Below, piece after piece: positions 33,451 to 36,252 of a DNA stretch of 36,252 nucleotides. This DNA is from Thermodesulfobacteriota bacterium (GTDB lineage Bacteria; Desulfobacterota; Desulfobacteria; Desulfobacterales; UBA11574): positions 1 through 36,252 of the forward strand of contig JAYEFV010000257.1 of assembly GCA_034658755.1 (NCBI GenBank), written 5' to 3'. The notes beneath the pieces were generated by a model that saw only the letters and a list, made by a program, of their open reading frames with translations, did not search any database and was not told the origin of the DNA. Each line of letters opens with the position of its first letter. The first letter of the stretch is position 1. Made by a program: the position numbers and the translations under genes.

Positions 33451-34611
33451 ATGATGGCGATTCCAGGAAATGTTAAAAGAAAAATCCAAGGGATTATGAC
33501 TGGCCGGAGGGAAAGCGGATCCTTATTCCTTAAACCTTTTCTTCTTGCGATATCAATTGGTTACGGTGGAGTAGTTAGGCTGAGGGAAACTTTATACAAA
33601 AAAGATCTTTTGCAGTCAAAAAGACTACCTTGCCCGGTTATTTCTATCGGAAACATTACGGTTGGCGGGTCAGGGAAAACACCCATGACGATTTATGTAG
33701 CGGAGCTAATTAAGCATCTCGGGTATGGTGTTGCAATTATTAGCAGGGGATATAAAGGTGAAGCAGAGAAGATTGGTGGTATAGTATGTGACGGGCGTAT
33801 AATTCGTATGGAGCCGGATACAGCAGGCGATGAGCCATTTATGGTCGCCCAGAGGCTAAAAACGGTTCCTGTTATTGTGGGGCAAAACCGTTTTAAGGCG
33901 GGTAGGTTGGCAATACAGAAATTTAAACCGGATGTTTTACTGTTTGATGATGCATTCCAGCATTTAAAGCTCAATCGAGATATAGACCTTGTCCTTTTAG
34001 ACAGCAAAAAGCCGTTTGGTAATACCTATCTTTTGCCTAGGGGCACCCTAAGAGAAACCGCTTCTGCTTTGTCGCGGGGAGACGCTGTGATTTTAACCCG
34101 ATCGGATATCGGAAAGCCGGCGTCTTTGGACCAGATAAAAAGCGTTGTTCCGAGAAAACCGGTTTTTCATTCATTTCATACCCCATATATTTATAAAATC
34201 ATTACAGGAAACAGCCTGCAATCGTCAGATAGACTGAATATTTCATCCAAGTACGATTTTGACATCTTTAAAAAGAAAAGAGTCTTTGCTTTTTCCGGGA
34301 TAGCAATCAATGATGATTTTCGCCGAACAATTGAGAGTTTCAAGTGTAAATTAGAAAATTTTTCAGGATTCCCGGACCATCACCCGTATTCGAATAGAGA
34401 ACTTGATGAAATTATAAAATCAGCGATGGATCTATCGGTTGAATTTATTTTTACCACAGAAAAAGATTATGTCAGGATTGCTCATAAAATAAAATGGCCC
34501 ATCCACTTGGTCATCATTGGGATAGAGATTTCCTTTGGAGAAAACGATATTGCTTTTCAATCCTTCATTAAAAGCCGGCTCCAGGGACTTATGAAGAGAA
34601 ATACCGGCTAA
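33451..34611 (+). CDS. lpxK: tetraacyldisaccharide 4'-kinase
   Basis: 386 aa. N-terminal membrane anchor, P-loop GNITVGGSGKTP and DDAFQH motif, characteristic of LpxK. Confidence 0.88.
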   Translation: MMAIPGNVKRKIQGIMTGRRESGSLFLKPFLLAISIGYGGVVRLRETLYKKDLLQSKRLPCPVISIGNITVGGSGKTPMTIYVAELIKHLGYGVAIISRGYKGEAEKIGGIVCDGRIIRMEPDTAGDEPFMVAQRLKTVPVIVGQNRFKAGRLAIQKFKPDVLLFDDAFQHLKLNRDIDLVLLDSKKPFGNTYLLPRGTLRETASALSRGDAVILTRSDIGKPASLDQIKSVVPRKPVFHSFHTPYIYKIITGNSLQSSDRLNISSKYDFDIFKKKRVFAFSGIAINDDFRRTIESFKCKLENFSGFPDHHPYSNRELDEIIKSAMDLSVEFIFTTEKDYVRIAHKIKWPIHLVIIGIEISFGENDIAFQSFIKSRLQGLMKRNTG

Positions 34612-34678
34612 TATATTCAGACATCGTAAATTATAGTGTAATATTTTGGACGAAAAGTGCCATATTAGCCCAAAAGTT

Positions 34679-34800
34679 GGGTTCAAAGGTTCACGGTTCA
34701 GAGGTTGGCCCCCCCATGGGATTTCCCCAGTAGAATCAATGGAGAATAAAGAAGTGCGGAGTGTTTAACCTTGAACGGGGAACCCGGAACCTTGCAACCC
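34679..34800. repeat. inverted arrays of GGTTC units in the convergent lpxK / GT9 spacer
   Basis: The left arm gggttcaaaggttcacggttcagaggttgg (34679-34708) carries 4 GGTT(C) units 7-8 bp apart. The right arm (34767-34800) has the reverse complement gggttgcaaggttccgggttccccgttcaaggtta. The arms are about 58 bp apart. Confidence 0.6.
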
Positions 34801-34944
34801 AGATCAGCGCATGTCCAATTTTCAAGCAAACAGCTCAAAAACAAACGATAACAACCACTCAACGACTTAACCACTTAACGAGGTCTGTATTTCTATGGTG
34901 CGATTGGAAATAGGAGATCGACAGCCAAAAGGGAAAACAGATAT

Positions 34945-36000
34945 TTAGGCGCCAGCTGTTTCAAGCGCTAAAGAAAGTTTTTCCTGAACCGATTCAACGC
35001 TGATACGCCGCATACATAACCTGTCCAAGTCAGGACATTTCTTTTTATAACAGGAAACACAGCTTACTTTAGATTGAACGACAAGATGTTCACAGTTATA
35101 GGGCGCTGCCCGCTTGGGAGATGTTGGACCGAAAAGACTTATATAGGGCGTTTCCACCGCTGCTGCCAGATGACCCGGACCCGAATCCGGCCCCACACCG
35201 GCCGCAGCGGCCTTAAGCACGGCCACAAGCTCAAGAATTGACGTTTTTCCCACAAGATTGATTAACCCATGTGAGCCAACCTTTTGCCACAGTTTTGTTG
35301 CGGATGATACTTGTGAACTATCACCTATCAACACAACCCGCCATTTCATTGAAGAAAGAATATTTTTTACCAGTTGATAGTACCTTTCAAAGAACCAGTC
35401 TTTGGATTCCCAGGATGATCCCATTACGACTGCAATAAAGGGTTCGCTTGTTTTAGCTACAATATCCGGTAGATTAGATTTTCTATCAAGGTAAGAAAAA
35501 CCGAAGTCCAGGGAAGCCGGCTCAGATAACCCCAGGTATTCTGTAAATTTAAGATAATGGTGCAATTTGGGTAGCTCAAGCTCATCGCTGGAATAGGGGA
35601 TATGTTCATTATTAAAGATCCAGTTAAATTCCCCTGCATTGCGGCGGTTAAAACCGATTCGTCTTTTCGCTCCGGAAAGAAACGAAAAAAAGCCGCTCTT
35701 TAAGTGACGCTGGAGATCCAGGGTGATGTCAAAATGTTCTCGGGATAGGTCTTTATAAAGATCTCGTATCCCTAAAACATTCCTGGGTCTGTTAAAAACG
35801 ATCATTTTGTCAATCCGTGGGTGTAAACGGACCACTTCTGAGCACATTGGCTCTACGAGCCATGTTACCCTGCTTCCCGGCAGATTGTTTTTAATATGTG
35901 ACACCAGGCACAGACCCCGTGCCACATCTCCTATGGACCCCATCAGAATGATGAGGATCGAAGGTGCTGAAGGTAGTATTTTAGAAGTGGCTGTATCCAT
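34945..36000 (-). CDS. glycosyltransferase family 9 (LPS heptosyltransferase-like)
   Basis: 351 aa. N-terminal ILIILMGSIGDV and C-terminal GPDSGPGHLAAAV..P.ISLFGPTSP are typical GT9 (WaaC/WaaF/WaaQ-type) motifs. Confidence 0.8.
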   Translation of the reverse strand: MDTATSKILPSAPSILIILMGSIGDVARGLCLVSHIKNNLPGSRVTWLVEPMCSEVVRLHPRIDKMIVFNRPRNVLGIRDLYKDLSREHFDITLDLQRHLKSGFFSFLSGAKRRIGFNRRNAGEFNWIFNNEHIPYSSDELELPKLHHYLKFTEYLGLSEPASLDFGFSYLDRKSNLPDIVAKTSEPFIAVVMGSSWESKDWFFERYYQLVKNILSSMKWRVVLIGDSSQVSSATKLWQKVGSHGLINLVGKTSILELVAVLKAAAAGVGPDSGPGHLAAAVETPYISLFGPTSPKRAAPYNCEHLVVQSKVSCVSCYKKKCPDLDRLCMRRISVESVQEKLSLALETAGA

Positions 36001-36036
36001 AACTAAACTTGTAACCGATAATTCTATTTGTAATTG

Positions 36037-36252
36037 TTACAAATAGTTAAAAGCATTAACTTCACTGAGCATCTCCGGTAGCCCATGCTTTTTTATTGCC
36101 CGATTCCAACGACGTAGGTATCGACTTCTTAATGCATTTTTTTCCCCGGGGAAAATGCCTGCCTTGTCAAAATCGAGCAGATAGACTTGGTTTTGATTGT
36201 CCACTATTACATTGCCGGGATGTAAGTCGACATGTAAAATTTTATTTTTTAC
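36037..36252 (-). CDS. 3-deoxy-D-manno-octulosonic acid (Kdo) kinase / LPS kinase family protein, C-terminal fragment (5' end outside window)
   Basis: Not in the ORF track because there is no start in the window. Hand translation of the minus strand gives 71 codons plus TAA: VKNKILHVDLHPGNVIVDNQNQVYLLDFDKAGIFPGEKNALRSRYLRRWNRAIKKHGLPEMLSEVNAFNYL. It has the HxDLHxxN catalytic loop and the LIDFD-type motif of KdkA/InaA-like kinases. Lies 36 nt upstream of the GT9 gene. Confidence 0.6.
   Translation of the reverse strand, partial: VKNKILHVDLHPGNVIVDNQNQVYLLDFDKAGIFPGEKNALRSRYLRRWNRAIKKHGLPEMLSEVNAFNYL

Overview
The window reads as core chromosome from a Gram-negative, probably Desulfobacterota/deltaproteobacterium-like organism. 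That taxon call is an inference from gene content and order only. I found no defence island, prophage, transposase, CRISPR array or other accessory system.

Gene content:
- nt 1-16,600 carry housekeeping genes: a TPR-like protein, nnr, a Zn-dependent alcohol dehydrogenase, a Sat/CysC fusion, tRNA-Val(CAC), an IHF/HU-like gene, scpAB, trpS, an M50 site-2 protease, a DHH-CBS-CCA fusion enzyme, pilC, a PilS-like kinase and lysS.
- nt 16,660-36,252 form one long outer-membrane biogenesis supercluster. The order is lolC-lolD-bamA-skp-lpxD-fabZ-lpxA-lpxI-(Gfo/Idh/MocA oxidoreductase)-lpxB-msbA-lptF-lptG-(LPS-kinase-like)-(ICMT-like methyltransferase)-lpxK. A GT9 heptosyltransferase gene and a partial Kdo-kinase-like gene converge on it from the minus strand.

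What the gene list does not explain is the intergenic DNA. Almost every long spacer is a mosaic of short, hairpin-forming repeat modules that recur across the window. Some show direct evidence of nested insertion. One pair has sequence differences that all preserve a stem-loop.

The most noteworthy element is an 81-bp repeat with two GCGAAGC-capped hairpins. One copy sits upstream of msbA-lptF, and the other fills the lptF-lptG spacer.

Protein-level oddities:
- The Sat/CysC fusion has its sulfurylase HxxH motif changed to QxxQ.
- The lipid A cluster carries extra genes: a GnnA-like oxidoreductase, an LmtA-like methyltransferase and two small kinases.
- BamA has an extra N-terminal domain.
- pilC-pilS sit without the other pilus genes.

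All functional calls rest on motifs read from the translations. No database search was run.
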